NCBI RefSeq assembly: GCF_008831285.2
Contig: NC_045138.2
Coordinates: forward strand, 13,950,001 to 14,014,000
Source of the DNA: Nymphaea colorata
Lineage: Eukaryota
Length of the DNA: 64,000 nt
Reading direction: 5' to 3'
A program made the translations under genes and the position numbers. Below, in pieces: positions 50,210 through 63,667 of this stretch (position 1 is its first letter; each line of letters starts with the position of its first letter). The notes beneath the pieces are model-generated. The model saw only the letters and a program-made list of their open reading frames with translations. It did not search any database and was not told the DNA's origin.

Positions 50210-53200
50210 ATGGCGACAATCTTCGGCGTCTCTGCTTCTGTTTCAGCTAACCCCAATCCTTCCTCTGTTCTGGCTCCAACGAAGCTCTCTGCTTCTTCCT
50301 CTGTCTCTTTCTTGTCCTCCCGCGGCAGAACTCGAGGTTTCCCGCTCATTTCTCGGACGGTCCTGCCGCACCGCCGTCGCACTGTCCGTCGGGTAACTCC
50401 GTCTACCTTTTCTCGCTTTTGGATTCGTGTTTTCTTTCTTATGTTGTTTTTTCCATTTTTGGTTGCTTCGGATGTGTTTTTTTCTTTATGGATTTGCCTC
50501 GGATTGATTATGATAAAATCGTTAGCTATTTGTCGCGAGATTTTAGGTTTGGTGTGTCGAATTTGAGGGCCTTATTGATGGTAATTTCCATCTAGATATA
50601 AGATTTATCAGGTCCTTCTGCTGTGTGTGGTGAATAGGCGATGAAACGGTCGTTGGATTCCGGCAGGTGAGCCTGGTTAGGTAGGAGAACAGATGGATAG
50701 TTTTTAAGTGTATAACTTCGTGGAAGAATCTATGGAAGAAGCTGTAGTCTTTGGAGTTCTGGGGAGCCATGCGGGTCTTTCCGTTTCCTAGCAAAGGAGT
50801 CTGTCTTCGATGGTTTACAATCTCCAATCCATAGCAATCTCTGTCAATATTGGTCTTCCTAATGCGTGAGCTATTGAACTAGTGAAAATTGAAGCAAAAG
50901 GAAACATCTCAAGATCAACAAACGGAAACAACTCAAGGTATCAACAAACGGAAACATCTCAAGATATCAACAGATTTTCCACTTCTGTTTCCTGGTCACT
51001 AATGTTCCCAATGGACGACAGATGACAGAAGATAGTGGGGAGGTGCGAGGGCTCGCAGTCTGGAAAGTATATAAACCACGTTATTATTGAAAATCAAAGA
51101 GGAGCAAGAGTAAGATGGTAAGTGGTGAAGGGGACGGATTGAATTTGATGTCTCTTATTATATGACTTTGATTGGAAGGAATGATGGAGGTATCTCTTGA
51201 ATCATCTGCATTGTGTGTAGTAGCACGCTGTTTCGTTAAAGATTAGCTCGGCAGAAGAACACTGTCCACATTCAAGCCATGAAAGAACCATGCGATTTGG
51301 CTTATAGCGATCTTAGCAATTTCCTTAATGTGTTTTCCTTGCTGTTTTGAAGGCAGGAGTTGTTAAATGCACAAGATTTGCACAAAGAGAGAAAAAAGTT
51401 GGTGATGATATTGCAATACCTGTTTTCATGGTTTTGAGAATGATTCCATTTATGTGTTGAGCATACGTTCCTAGGCAAATCTATCTGATAACTTTCCCAA
51501 GTAAACGTCTAGGCTAAAGTTTTTCCTTCTTGTTGAAGGCAAAAAGCAAGTGCTTGATAAAAGTTTTGTCATGGCAAAATATTAGCGTTCAACCAGACAA
51601 GGAGCCTTTACAAGAAAATGCCACGAAGCCTGTTTTTGTTTCTTCGATATTGTTTTTTTCTTTATTTGTTTCTTCCATAAGTTCCTGCAATTTTCCTAGA
51701 AACGGGCAACTCTTTCGAAGAAAAAGCTCGAGTGAAAGCTTTTCAGAAAACAGCACTGGTGAACATGGCATGGTTAGAAACATTCTTAAGTGTTGTAGAC
51801 TCTAACACCCAGGTGCTAGACGAGTGCTTAGAACCAAAATTTGATGTCTGCTATTCTGGTGCGCATCTTAATGCTATAATTTAATTTCCAAAGGCAACAG
51901 AAAAGAGAGAAAAAAAATCCGTCAACCATGCTTGGCATATCTTGTCCCCATAAACCATACGCTTTTGATGTTCCACTAACTTGTAAATATTCTTTTGATA
52001 TACCAATAATAGTCAGACCTAGACCGTGTTGAATACATCCACGAGATTAAGTCAATGTTTAGGTGAGCAGCATGCATCATCTAATGAAATAGAGTAGCGC
52101 CTTAGGGTATCATGGTTCAGAGCCGTAATGGTTCCAATAAATTAGTAAGGGTTAGAATGGCACAGTAGTCTTAGTAAGTAGTAAAAAAATTATATTAATT
52201 ACTTGATTGTGTAAAAGAATGACAATTGTGTAGATGTACATGCTGGTGTTTTCTTTTTCAACAATTCCTTTGTCTTGCTGCTTTGAGCTGTCTTAATAAA
52301 TGTTCAAGACATATCTCACTTTGAACATTCAGCATGAGAGTATGAATTGTGCTTTCATATTTTCATCCTTATAGCCCATCAGTTTTTGGCACTTGTCTTA
52401 GTCTTTGGCTTTCACTTTAGTTCTTGTTAGTTGTCTCATAGGCTAGATTTGTTTCTTCATTTCCTTTTCAGATTAATGCGAAGAAGCAGACATTTTCTTC
52501 ATTTGATGATTTGATAGCAGGGTCCGACAAGCCTGTATTGGTTGACTTCTATGCGACTTGGTAAGTTGTGATGCTTTCTCTGTCAGTAATCATTGTTCAT
52601 TTTAAGTGTCATTTCTTGCTCCTTACCTTGCATTTAACAAAATCTTGGGCAATTTTCTTTTTGAGTGCATGCTGTCTGCCATTTTGTTTCTAATGCTTTA
52701 AATTGTGTCCGAGGTTGGCCATTGTTGGTTCATTCTATTATTTCTTACAGTATTGACGTTATATCCTTTGTGGGCCCACTTAAAGATCTTCCATTTGAAG
52801 GGAGTCAAGAGTTCAGTTATGGGGATGCGAATGCAACTTTAGCATAAGCTGGTTGTGCTCTGTCCAACCATTGGTCTAAAGGAAATCACTGTCCTTTTAT
52901 AGTGATTGGCGGTGAAACAATTGTTAATGGATTTTCAAAGTGAATGAAACAGTTGTTAATGCATTTTCAAGGCTCCAGATTTCTAGAATCGGTTTGTATT
53001 TATTCTTTTCAAGGTTCTGGGAAGGGAAATTCACTATTTTACAATGTCCAATGGGAAACTGTAAGGGCTGTCAGTTTAAGTTATTGTCAATGAAACAAGG
53101 CGGAACTTTCTTAATGAATTTTCAAGGTTCCCGATATTCTAGTAGTAGTCTGTATTTATGCTTTGAAGATTTTGGAAGGGTAAACTGACTACTTGACAAT

Positions 53201-54422
53201 GTCTAGGAATTCATTGATCTCAATGACTCCTATGGGTATTCTATCAAGACCGGTAACCCGAGCGTTGGGTGTGTTTACTTCTTTGTCATCAAATGTTTTT
53301 TAAAAGTTCAACAATAATGAAAAGATTGATCTCTGTCACATTTGATTTTACAGTCCTAGTGGTTCAGAACAAGTGTTTCAGGATGCTAATTAGTTGACAA
53401 GTTCTTCATTTGCTTCTTTCATCCACAAGGACCTTTAACCACCATCAGCGATGGCTTTTCTTGGACAGTTTGGTTATCCTTTTGAAAATTGAAAGTAAAT
53501 TATGTGAATATTGTGATAGAAGATGTTATATCGTGTTCTTTCATAACTGAAAATCGCTTGCACCCATCATCTCAGTCATTAGCATCCATGCTCTTATATA
53601 CATGTAGATATTCATCGGCATTCACACTGCTCCCTTCTGCCACCTCGTTTGTTCTTCTACTTTTAATCATGAACAGAATAAGAGGAGGGTACCACTTCTA
53701 CATATTGTTGAAATTGGTTCCTATGACCTTTTCTATTCCTAGCAGCATAATTGGTTATTCCTTTACCAGGTGCGGTCCATGCCAATATATGGTTTCTGTT
53801 CTCAATGAAGTTGGCCATGCAATGAAGGATGCCATCGATGTGGTGAAAGTTGATACTGAAAAATATCCGAGCATTGCCAATCGCTACAGGGTCGAGGCGT
53901 TGCCTACTTTAATCATTTTCAGGGACGGAAAGCCATCAGCTAGATTTGTAAGTCACATCTGTTCTCTACCTTCCATTACAATTCATGCGCACCTGTGTGT
54001 GTGAGAGAGAGACGGCCATTTTTGCCTGTCGTCCTTGATCCTGGTCACTGAAAGGCTTCTATAACCCAAGAAGTGCCTTTTGGGATTAGCAACCATGAAA
54101 TTCGGAAACAATTTGGTCTAGGTGTCAAAATTGGAAAATGATTCCTCAATTTCTGACCACCTTCAATTGGTGGATCTTGATCTACCTGATGCGACTAACA
54201 TCTAAATACATTCTTCTTCTGGTGGAATTTCTGGATATTGGCTTTACTTGGGAAAATCTCTCTCTCCCTCTCTACATAGCTCCAAAATTTGATTTTGTTA
54301 TATGCTAAAGTTATTTCAAAATATGCACCATACTAACTGTTGTTCTCAAACAGGAAGGTGCACTGCCTGCTGATCAGCTGATGCAGTGGATAAACAATGC
54401 ACTTGACACTGTTGCTGTTTGA
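50210..54422 (+). CDS. TRX-y: Thioredoxin y, chloroplastic
   Basis: Exons 50210-50392 (Ser/Arg-rich transit peptide), 52472-52560 (AKKQTFSSFDDLIAGSDKPVLVDFYATW), 53770-53947 (CGPCQYM...VVKVDTEKYPSIANRYRVEALPT) and 54354-54422 (EGALPADQL). The WCGPC active site is split by an intron. Confidence 0.93.
50902..50972. repeat. Short tandem repeat (~25 bp x3)
   Basis: AAACA(T/A)CTCAAG..ATCAACA units. Confidence 0.7.
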
Positions 54423-56256
54423 TGCCTTTTTGAAATTGATTATGACTTCGGGCAACCAGTGTATAGTATCAGTTTGTAGTATATAGCTCACCAGGGGCAA
54501 TTTTTTCATTTGGAAAATACAGATGAATAAAATCTATGAAGGCTTCTACTGTTATAAACTTTCAGTCTGTTCTTTTCTTTATGATTATGATAAACTTTAA
54601 GCAAATTTTGTTCAATCACATTCTTTTGCATGCCTTTTTAATAGTTTGTCATGGTGAACATTGATATCCTTGTAGAGATCAAACGGGCTGATGTTGGTTC
54701 CCTTTCTGGGTTTGGGTTTCTAAAGTTCCGGAAATCACCTGCAAGGATAGGCCTTCAGGCTCCCCGTCTTGTTGCTTTGCACAGAGATCCCTTGCTGGAC
54801 GGGAGCTCAGCAAGACACTGAGCGCCCTGGTTTTGGGTTGTCGGCATCAACGGTGTCAACGGCGCCACCAGCTGGCTATGCTTCTTGAAGCTGAAAGGGA
54901 CCACTGTGTTAGGCTAGAATGAGAAACACATAATCAGCGATATTGATGTTCATATTGGTTATCCAAATTTAAAATAAAGTATATCTCATCAACAAAAATA
55001 AAGGGCAGTGATGGGTCATTCGGTAAACAATCTTTGTTTGGCTGATTTCTTGTGAGTATTGACCTTACCTAAGACACTAGAATTAACTCAAATTGATTTG
55101 ATACTCATGGTCGCGTCGAGGGCATAGCATAGTGGTTCATATCAAAGGGGTTTTGAGGTTTGAATCTGGTAGCTCTAATATCCTATCATTGCACCAGTGC
55201 ATTACTCACTCTTATAGTGCATTACTCCTACAAGTTATAGCGTGCACTCCGGTTGAAAAGTGTATCATAAATCTATTTAACTTAACGCATAAATCTATTT
55301 AACGCAAAAAAAAGGAAAAAAAGAAGAAAAACTTAAAAGCATAAAAGTACCACGGTGGGGTATTTTTAGCTTATAGCAAACACTACACTCGGGTTGAATC
55401 ATAAATTTTTTCTATGTAAGAAAAACAAGGAAAAACTTAAATTGGGTTGGGTGGAGATTTTATTTATGTTTATCTTTGTTACCAAAGAAAATCTCAAGAA
55501 TAAACCAACGTTTTCATGTATAGCATAAGAAACCAATACTTTGTTGCTGTTTATGTAACGTGAAAATAATACTTGGTACCGCTATTTTGAAAATAAATAA
55601 TTTATTTTTTAAATAACTAATTTTTTCTGGGCGTCATCTGAGGGTGTAAATGGATCATATTCTTACGGTTTACTTTATCTATACCCGGATGCTGAACGCG
55701 ACTAGTAAATCGGGTACCGCATCGGTATCCGAAACTGTCTTGACTATTATCACCCAAATTATAATCTGAAATTCTTCATGCACTAATAAAAAAAACTGAA
55801 CAATATATGCCTGAAATAAGTAAGGAGAACGTAGTTCACATGGGAAGGTTATCTTTGAACTGGATATCGTTCCATATTTTAAACCGATTCCAACTTTATA
55901 GAAATGTCGAAATTCTGTCCGCATCCAAATTAAATCCGATGAACCTTTGCCGCATGGCCTCCCTCACGACTAATCCGTCGCTACAACACTCCTTCCCCAC
56001 TTCCTCCACCACTTCTACCACCACCGCCGCCGCCGCCACGCGGAGAGAGATGAGCATTATAACGAACGGAAGCCATCAATGGCAATTGCGTTTGTACCAT
56101 CTACCTCATGGGCTTCCCCCCAAATAACGCATGCATAACGTCCATGGTTCGCCCGCCTCTACCATCCTACAAATACCGCCACCACCACCACCCCTAAACC
56201 AGTACCTGATTCGTAAGAGATAGAGGAGATAAGAAGACATCGCCGATCAATTGACC

Positions 56257-56634
56257 ATGGCTAAGTTCACCGTCATCCTGCTGATTGCCAGCATCATGTC
56301 AGCTGCGTCCGGCCGAGAATCGCCATTCCGGCTGGCGGTTGTCCAAAAGGACGGCGGCCTCATGCAATGCTGGGACGCGCTGGCGGAGCTGAAGGCCTGC
56401 AGCGGGGAGATCATCCTCTTCTTCCTCAATGGGGAGGCCTACCTCGGCCCGGGCTGCTGCAACGCCATTCAGATCATCACCCACGAGTGCTGGCCCTCCC
56501 TCCTCACTGCCTTCGGCTTCACCGCCCAGGAGGGCGACATACTCAGGGGCTTCTGCGACGCCGTGGTCGCGGAACCGCCGGAATCAGGCGACGAAGGGGC
56601 GGCCCCGCCTCACGTTGGTGACGGTGGCATCTAA
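56257..56634 (+). CDS. EC1: Egg cell-secreted protein 1-like (prolamin-like, cysteine-rich)
   Basis: Intronless. Signal peptide MAKFTVILLIASIMSAASG, then the EC1 signature CWDALAELKACSGEIILFFLNGEAYLGPGCC..I...CWPSLL..FGFT.QEGDILRGFC. Confidence 0.93.
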   Translation: MAKFTVILLIASIMSAASGRESPFRLAVVQKDGGLMQCWDALAELKACSGEIILFFLNGEAYLGPGCCNAIQIITHECWPSLLTAFGFTAQEGDILRGFCDAVVAEPPESGDEGAAPPHVGDGGI

Positions 56635-58415
56635 GTGGTTGTTTTCTTAAAGTTGCAATCTCTATGCTTCTTGGGATTCACGTTCGGTGTCTTGAGTCTG
56701 TGCTCTTGTGTGGGTTATGTCGCGTCTGCGTGTCTTAAGTATCTACGTACATTTGTCCGCTTTCTTGGTGCGTCGAGATCTTACTTGTCGCTGTTTGTCT
56801 CGTCACTGTGTTGAGATTTTATGGTTGTTTCGATCTTCCATCTCTCTCTCCCTCTAAATGATCTCTAGCGATAAGAAGAGTGGCATTTTGTGGACGCATC
56901 TCTATACATTCCGATAAATAGCATGAACAGAGACGTTGCTTTAGGTTGTGGGGTGTCTCGATATTATATCTAAAATATTTTTTGGAAAGTTAGAGGGAGC
57001 CGACACCAGTAGGCCGTAGCTTATACGCGTTTCCCCTACCACTCATTCACTTTAAAGATTAGCTTTTAATAAATTTCCGCATTTGACATGTTGACATACA
57101 AAGAAAAGTCGATGAATGAAGAAGATGGCAACAGCGTTTTAGGGCCCTAAAGAAATAATAATAGAGAAAAAAGTTTCAGACTTGGGTTTCAAGTTGTCAG
57201 ACTTGGCCTTCCAAAGGCAATATAGGGCATCTTGCAACCTGTCAAGGCATATGCTTAGAAGATATTCTTCACAAATAAATAAAGTTCAGTTTTCAAAAGG
57301 GCCCCTAGAATTTGTCAAAAAATTTTACAGGAAGAAAAACAAACGTGAAAAGACGATGTGTATCGGCTGATACGGTCTCTTGTTTAGGTTTCCGATACGA
57401 GTTGGAAACCAGCATCGGACTTTCATTTGTCCTTCAATCGTCAGAGTTTGAGCAACCCCACCTAACAAGCTTGTATTTTGCCTTTCTCATATGGACAACG
57501 ATGGAAACCTACTGCAATAAACTTTTTCTCAATCAGAAAGTACTAAAGATTGATATTGGTTACCAATCACTACCATCTTTCTCTTCATCTGCCTCATTAA
57601 TCGGGACAGTTAAAAGCATCAATTATACTTGCACAATGAAGCAAGTATAGATTTTATGACTTACATTTCTTTTCAGAAAATATTGTAAAACATATTATAA
57701 CATGTTCAAATTACTCGATCTTGCCTAGCTCGAACTCAACTTTTAACTAAGTTCATTTCTCAACTCGAACTCTCAAGTCGTTTACTAAACTAGTCCAGCT
57801 CGAGCCAAACTTACCGAGCAAGTTCGAGTTGGACTCCTTTAGTCACTTTGTTGCTTAAATTAGGAATTAGTGGTAACCACCTTTTCAATCAACGAGACCA
57901 AAAATTAAATCTTGTTTAACGTGCAATCACATTTTCATTTATTCATATAAATATAATAAGCTTACCAATTCGTGTTTGAAAGATATAAAAATATGAGGTC
58001 TTTAAGGAGACACCTGTAAAAAGTCGGTGCACTGTTCGATCCAATAAAACAGTTTTTAAAGGCAAGCTGATAGACTTCATAGAATTCCAGAAAAGCGACC
58101 ACCCTTTCCCCACGTTACCTATTTTTTCATAATAAAGCTAACCAACAAATATGCCAACGTTGCTATTCGTTGATCGTTTGTTGCCGACAATGGTTCAAGG
58201 CAAGCTAAACGATGCCAAATATATTTCATATTTCAAATATATATATATAAAAAAAATTGAATTGTAACTCTAAGACCATTTAATCTGCATTGTTCGATCC
58301 AATCGATTCAACATGATGAACGGTTAAGAGAAGAGAAAAATGAAGATAACATTTTTATCATCTAATATTTGTTTACACATTTTTCTGTTGGTTTTTTCTT
58401 CAATCATCTATCTGC

Positions 58416-58515
58416 TTTAGATGAATGACTTTATTTAGATAGTTGAGTAACTCTATTTAATCATATTTAGATGAATGACTTTATTTAGATAGTTGAGTAA
58501 CTCTATTTAATCATA
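58416..58515. repeat. Perfect tandem duplication (50 bp x2)
   Basis: TTTAGATGAATGACTTTATTTAGATAGTTGAGTAACTCTATTTAATCATA occurs twice. Confidence 0.9.
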
Positions 58516-60519
58516 GTCATTGGTTCACTCAATAAATATATATATATATAACTATCTTTTGGCTTATACCTCTTACGCACACACAAAAATTTGATCATAA
58601 TTTTTACCAATTCAATGTCGACCATCCTAATATTTGACTTTTTACCTCTCTCTTCATTGATGAGAGAGTGATAACCACTTTTGCCACCATTTAGCAGAAT
58701 TCACTATCTAGTTTCTTTAGCGATCTGTACTATAAATTTAGATAACCATCTGAATCACCAAAAAAGATCTTCATAGATGTAAGTAAGATCAGGGCAGGAT
58801 TCAAAAGAATTTGAGTAAATTCAATGTACAAATTACACAAAACACAGACAGGGATATGGGTATTTCTAAATTGTTTGTAACTAGCATTAATTCTTAACTG
58901 ATATTTACAAATATTTAGGTGAGAGTGATGTTGATAGACTTTGGAATCAATGCCTTGGACCCATGGGCTTGTCAACATTATATCATAATTGCACTGGCAT
59001 TACGCATTAGAATATCTCAAGGAATATTAGGGGAATCAGTTCATATATCTACATATTGAACAATTAATTGAAAAGCTTCTGGTTTCACTTTCAGATTTGA
59101 GTAAATCGATTCTTGTGGTCAACCTTTAATGTGGGCGCCACCACATGATCCATTATACGACCCTTCCTTTATGGATGGCATTCATGTGAAGAACGGGACA
59201 AAGTTCATGATATTGAGCCAAGGATGGCATAAAGAACCCAAACATGACCAGGTTCTTGATTTATGTTACTTTCAGTAAAAAAAAAAAAAAATGTCTTGTT
59301 CCATGTCCAAAACATCTTTGGGGATCAATTGGATGGTTTATCCTGAGTTCTTCCAAGCAATCGAAACGTGTCCTAGTTCATGAACTTGGTTGCCTTCAAG
59401 AAGAATATCACGATCCCTTCCGAGAATATTTTCATGAACTTCGATAGATTTATGTGTTCAAAAAAATGATCGTGGTTCGTGGAATGGGACATGTTTCTTG
59501 TGATCTAGATTTTACTTTGCTTGTTCGCAAACTAACTGATGCGAAAAGGTCCCTTTGTGCAGGCAGAGCTAGAAAAATTCTTGAACTAAAACGAACTGCA
59601 TAATGGAGAGTTCGGATTTCATGAACTTGGCCACATCTTCACGATCTTTTAATACGATCAAGATTTTACTGAATTCGTCCACATCTAACCGATGCCAAAC
59701 ATCGCCTTGTGCAGGCAGAACTTCAAAGTTCTTGAACTAGAACAAAATGGACAATTTCATGAACTTGTCCACACTGTACAATTGCCAAGAACATGATTAA
59801 TATTTAAAGACTCAGTTACGTTTCAACGTGCCTCTCGTGCATCGGATCATACTCATTTGTGGCCCCAAATTTTCACGTTACTGGGGAGGGGCGTACTGGG
59901 GAAGGTACTAATAGCAACTACCTCCAGGCTCGAACCTATGATCTCATTAACAGCAAAGTAATAATCTAATCATATTCATAAATGCCACCGTTTACCAGAC
60001 CTGTTATGACGATCTGCACCATTTTATACATTAAATGCCACCTTATCAGTGTTGTTAAGCCGTTAAAATAAATATGATATCTAAATTGAATTTTATAAAT
60101 AAAAAAAAAAACTATTGCTTTTGATTTCTTTTATGATCTTTTATTAAAGTTTGCACATTTTGATTCCATTTGTACATGATTGGATTTACAAAAGCAGTTT
60201 TGACATCCTTTTTTTAGCTCCAAAACGCATAAAAAGCAAAGTAGAACTGGGATGCAATATATATATATATATATACATAAATGGATCGCGTTTTCAAGTG
60301 AGAAATTAGTTATGAAATGCATCATTTATATTATTCACTTGCACCAAGGCAACAAAGATAAGAGTAAGAGAGGCAAAGGAAAAAAAACAAAAAGAGAGAA
60401 CACCGGAACTTGCTTATTAGAAGCAGAACCCTAAAGCAGCAGCAGCACCGGGACACACATGACAACCAGAACACACCAACAACTGTTATTAGTTCACATG
60501 AAAACCCAAGACTAATAAC

Positions 60520-61425
60520 TTAAAAGAGATGGTGGTGCTTCTTTCCTTCCGCCTCCTCAGCCTCATGCTTCGCCTCCTTCTTCTCGTGGTGCTCATGGAA
60601 GGCATACCCGCCGGCACCAACTGCGGCCGCCGCGGCGATCTCCTCTTCCAGCTTGTGCCTGTGAGCATGCTCTGGGTCCTTCTTTGCCTTGTGCTTCTCG
60701 TGCTGCATAAAGTCAAATTAGAAGCTTCAAATCTAGGTACGCCTTTGAGAATTCTAAATACCCATGGAAGTGGGCTAATTTGCAGACTAGGCTCGAGCCC
60801 AGTGGACCAAGTCTAGGCCAGGCAAGGACAAGATTTGATTCAAGTCATAGCCCATTAATCGCATCACATGAAGCATCGCTAGGCTCAGGCTTTTTGCTGA
60901 TGTGTGGTTAGTACCTTTTGTGATCCATCAATTTGTGATCTAGATTATGATAATGCAAAATAACCAGTGATGATTATGGCTATACTTATGTCAATACTTA
61001 TAATAATTAGTTGTATCAATAATTATATGAAAAAGGTTAATTAGTTTGTCTTTCAATTTATAAAGGTACTATGTTATCGGGTTAGCGACAAAGTCTCTCG
61101 ACCTGGATGTGGTTTGCATGGGACCCAAACTAAAAAAGATGAAGGAGGCATAGGTCAAGTATGCATGGTTGATAATTACCAGAGCAAAAGCACCAGCGGC
61201 GATGGCTCCCATCTCGCCGAGGTGCTCCTTGTGCTTGTGCTCCTTCTCCTCTTTCTCATAGTCGACGGGCGGCTCGCTCTCGAAGACCTCAGCGGTCTGC
61301 GAGTAGGCGCCGAACCCCTCCCCAGACTGAACATAGCCAGATTCAGAGTAGACGACCTCGGAGGGCCGCTCGTTCTCCTCCTTGTGGTGGAAGAGGTGGT
61401 GGCGGTGGTGGTGCTCCTCAGCCAT
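60520..61425 (-). CDS. ASR: Abscisic acid-, stress- and ripening-induced (ASR, ABA/WDS) protein
   Basis: Exons 61425-61180 ([14 protein letters not shown]...[28 protein letters not shown]) and 60702-60520 ([42 protein letters not shown]...HHHLF*), joined by a phase-0 GT-AG intron. Confidence 0.96.
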
Positions 61426-61524
61426 GTTTATAGCAAAAAAACAGAAGGATGTAGGGAAACTGCTGGTTAGTTCAGGAAGGAAGAGTAGAGGAGATGATGG
61501 AGAAGGATGGAGAAGAAGGGAGTC

Positions 61525-61531
61525 ATTTATA
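61525..61531 (-). promoter_or_regulatory. TATA box of ASR
   Basis: TATAAAT on the minus strand, ~100 nt upstream of the ATG, flanked by CT-rich sequence. Confidence 0.65.
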
Positions 61532-61859
61532 GGCCAAGAAGGAGGGAGGAGAAGTGGTGGGAGGGTTCAATTAAGCCTTAGATGAAGGATGACATGGACG
61601 GTTGAGATCAATCCTTAGTCGGTATCATAGCTTTGGACCATTTATTAATCATCAAGATATCCCAAACATGCTGGCCCAGATGAGATAAATTTAGGGTTAT
61701 GAATCTGGCCCGACATTGCACAAATTTTACTGAATTTGCCACTATGCGGATCTTTACAAAGTTAACCTTGTTGACGAAATAATCACGTCCTCCTAATATT
61801 TGGGATTTTATGAAGACTTAAATACCTGTTAGGGACAGATATCTGGCAGCCTGTTAGGG

Positions 61860-62018
61860 CGCAGATTGAAAAGGAAAAATTACTTATAAATTGGATTTTA
61901 GATTCAGATTCAGATATGACTTTTTTTTATTTGAATTTGAATCTGAATATGTTAATATCCAAAAAAATAAATATGATTAAAGATATATCTAATTTGAATA
62001 TAATCTGTTGACATCCTA
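61860..62018. mobile_element. Truncated hAT-like MITE end (same family as 7329-7758)
   Basis: Ends CTGTTGACATCCTA and shares TTTGAATTTGAATCTGA.TATGTTAA.ATCCAA with the 6495-6864 copy. Confidence 0.5.
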
Positions 62019-62712
62019 CTCTCAATGTTAAAAAAAAAAAAAAAGGAAAAAAAAGCAAAATATTGTGTTTTGTGTTATATGTGATGGTAGACATTGTATG
62101 TAAGATTCACAACAACATGAGGGCAAAAATAAGAATTGGGATCGTTGGCTAGCAGTTGAGAACTTGTTCGGTGTCGGCAGCACGAGGGGAGGGCCCAATC
62201 CAGATCTTATTATCTTCTTTACGTGGATCCCACAATTCTCCTTTTATTTTTTTTATCAATTTATTCATTTTATTTATTTATTTTTAGGCCACCTTTTTTC
62301 TAGAAGAATATTAATTTGAAGTCACATTTTAGTCATACACGTTTTTAGTTTAAAAAGCCAATAGACGGCACCTTTCTATTAGCCGTTGAATTGAACCGGT
62401 TTTATCATCCTTTTTGGGCTAAGATCGGGTCAATTTCTATAACAAATTTTAACCCCAAAAAAAAAAAAATCTTTTTTCTTTCAGTTTGATATGTATGGGT
62501 GATGGCAAATGGGAGAAGTAAAGGATAGGAAAATGAGACACCACGGAAAGGAAAAGGTAGATTCGTCTACGTCGTCACATTATGATGCACTCCGTCTCGC
62601 CGTCGGCGTATTGATGATACCGGTTCGGTCTGCTTTCTTTTCTATTAGTAAAATTTCATTGCACCCATTCATCCAATTACAATCAACAACAAAAATTACA
62701 TGAAATTAATGG

Positions 62713-62747
<35 letters not shown>

Positions 62748-63525
62748 AGAGAGAGAGAGAAAAAAAGTAACATTGTGTTTTAGAACTACATGTTTTAGAA
62801 ACATCAAGTTTTTGTTTTAGGAATTGTGGTGTACATGTGTAAGTTTCTTTTAATTCAAAAATCAAAGTCCGAGTTTGAAATAAGAACGTAGTAGTTTTTT
62901 TTTTTTTTTTTCGAAACACAATGTCCTCTTATTAAATTCATGTTCTTTTAATAAAAACATAGTATCACACATTTTTTTAAACATGTTGTGTAATAACTGA
63001 TTTTTAAGATCATGAACGTGTTTTTTTTACTTAAGATCAGGTTCACTTTTTTTTTTTTTAGTTTTTTTGGTGATAAAGCGATTTTATCTTATGCCTATTT
63101 AATTTAAAGATGATAACTTGAACCCTTATCCGCACCTCAACAATGACTCTTTCCGTTTTTGATCTGACCACGTTCTACTCTCGGCTCCAATTCCTAAGCA
63201 TAGGGGCGAAGCCAAGACTGTTTTTAGGGGCGGGTCAAACGTTCTTACGAACTTATTCGTGGAGGACAAACCCAAATCTAAAAAATACATTAAGCGACTA
63301 AAAATTTTTGAAGAATGTTTCACGTTATCATCATTAAACGTGAACGCCGTTTCTCGTAAATATACTTGCTTACCGCTGTATGTCCGATAATTTCCCGATA
63401 AAAACCTATTTATTTAAAGGCAAGTATTGCGAGACGCAAGCGGGGAGCCGCGGAATCTGATTAGGGCGGACCCGATTTGCACGCAATAAGTGGGACCCAA
63501 TAAGAAGTCAATGCAGCCCAATATT

Positions 63526-63556
63526 CCGACGTGGTGATCTTATCTGTTGCCACGTG
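63526..63556 (+). promoter_or_regulatory. ABRE/G-box motifs upstream of ACX2
   Basis: CCGACGTGG (63526-63534) and GCCACGTG (63549-63556), ~110-140 nt before the ATG. Confidence 0.45.
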
Positions 63557-63667
63557 TAATTGCGTGACGCGGGAACCTCTTCACGTTTTTATGGAAGGCC
63601 TCTCCAATCCGTAAAGCCGTCGGTTTCGATCCTTCTTCTTCCTCCCCCGTCTTTTCTCCACCGGAAG

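Noticed and set aside
54670..54920. Coding-like GC-richer stretch after thioredoxin y
   Set aside because: Only short open frames with no recognisable protein similarity.
59915..59950. tRNA gene (GGTTCGAGCC B-box on minus strand)
   Set aside because: No cloverleaf or A-box at the right spacing; at most a SINE remnant.
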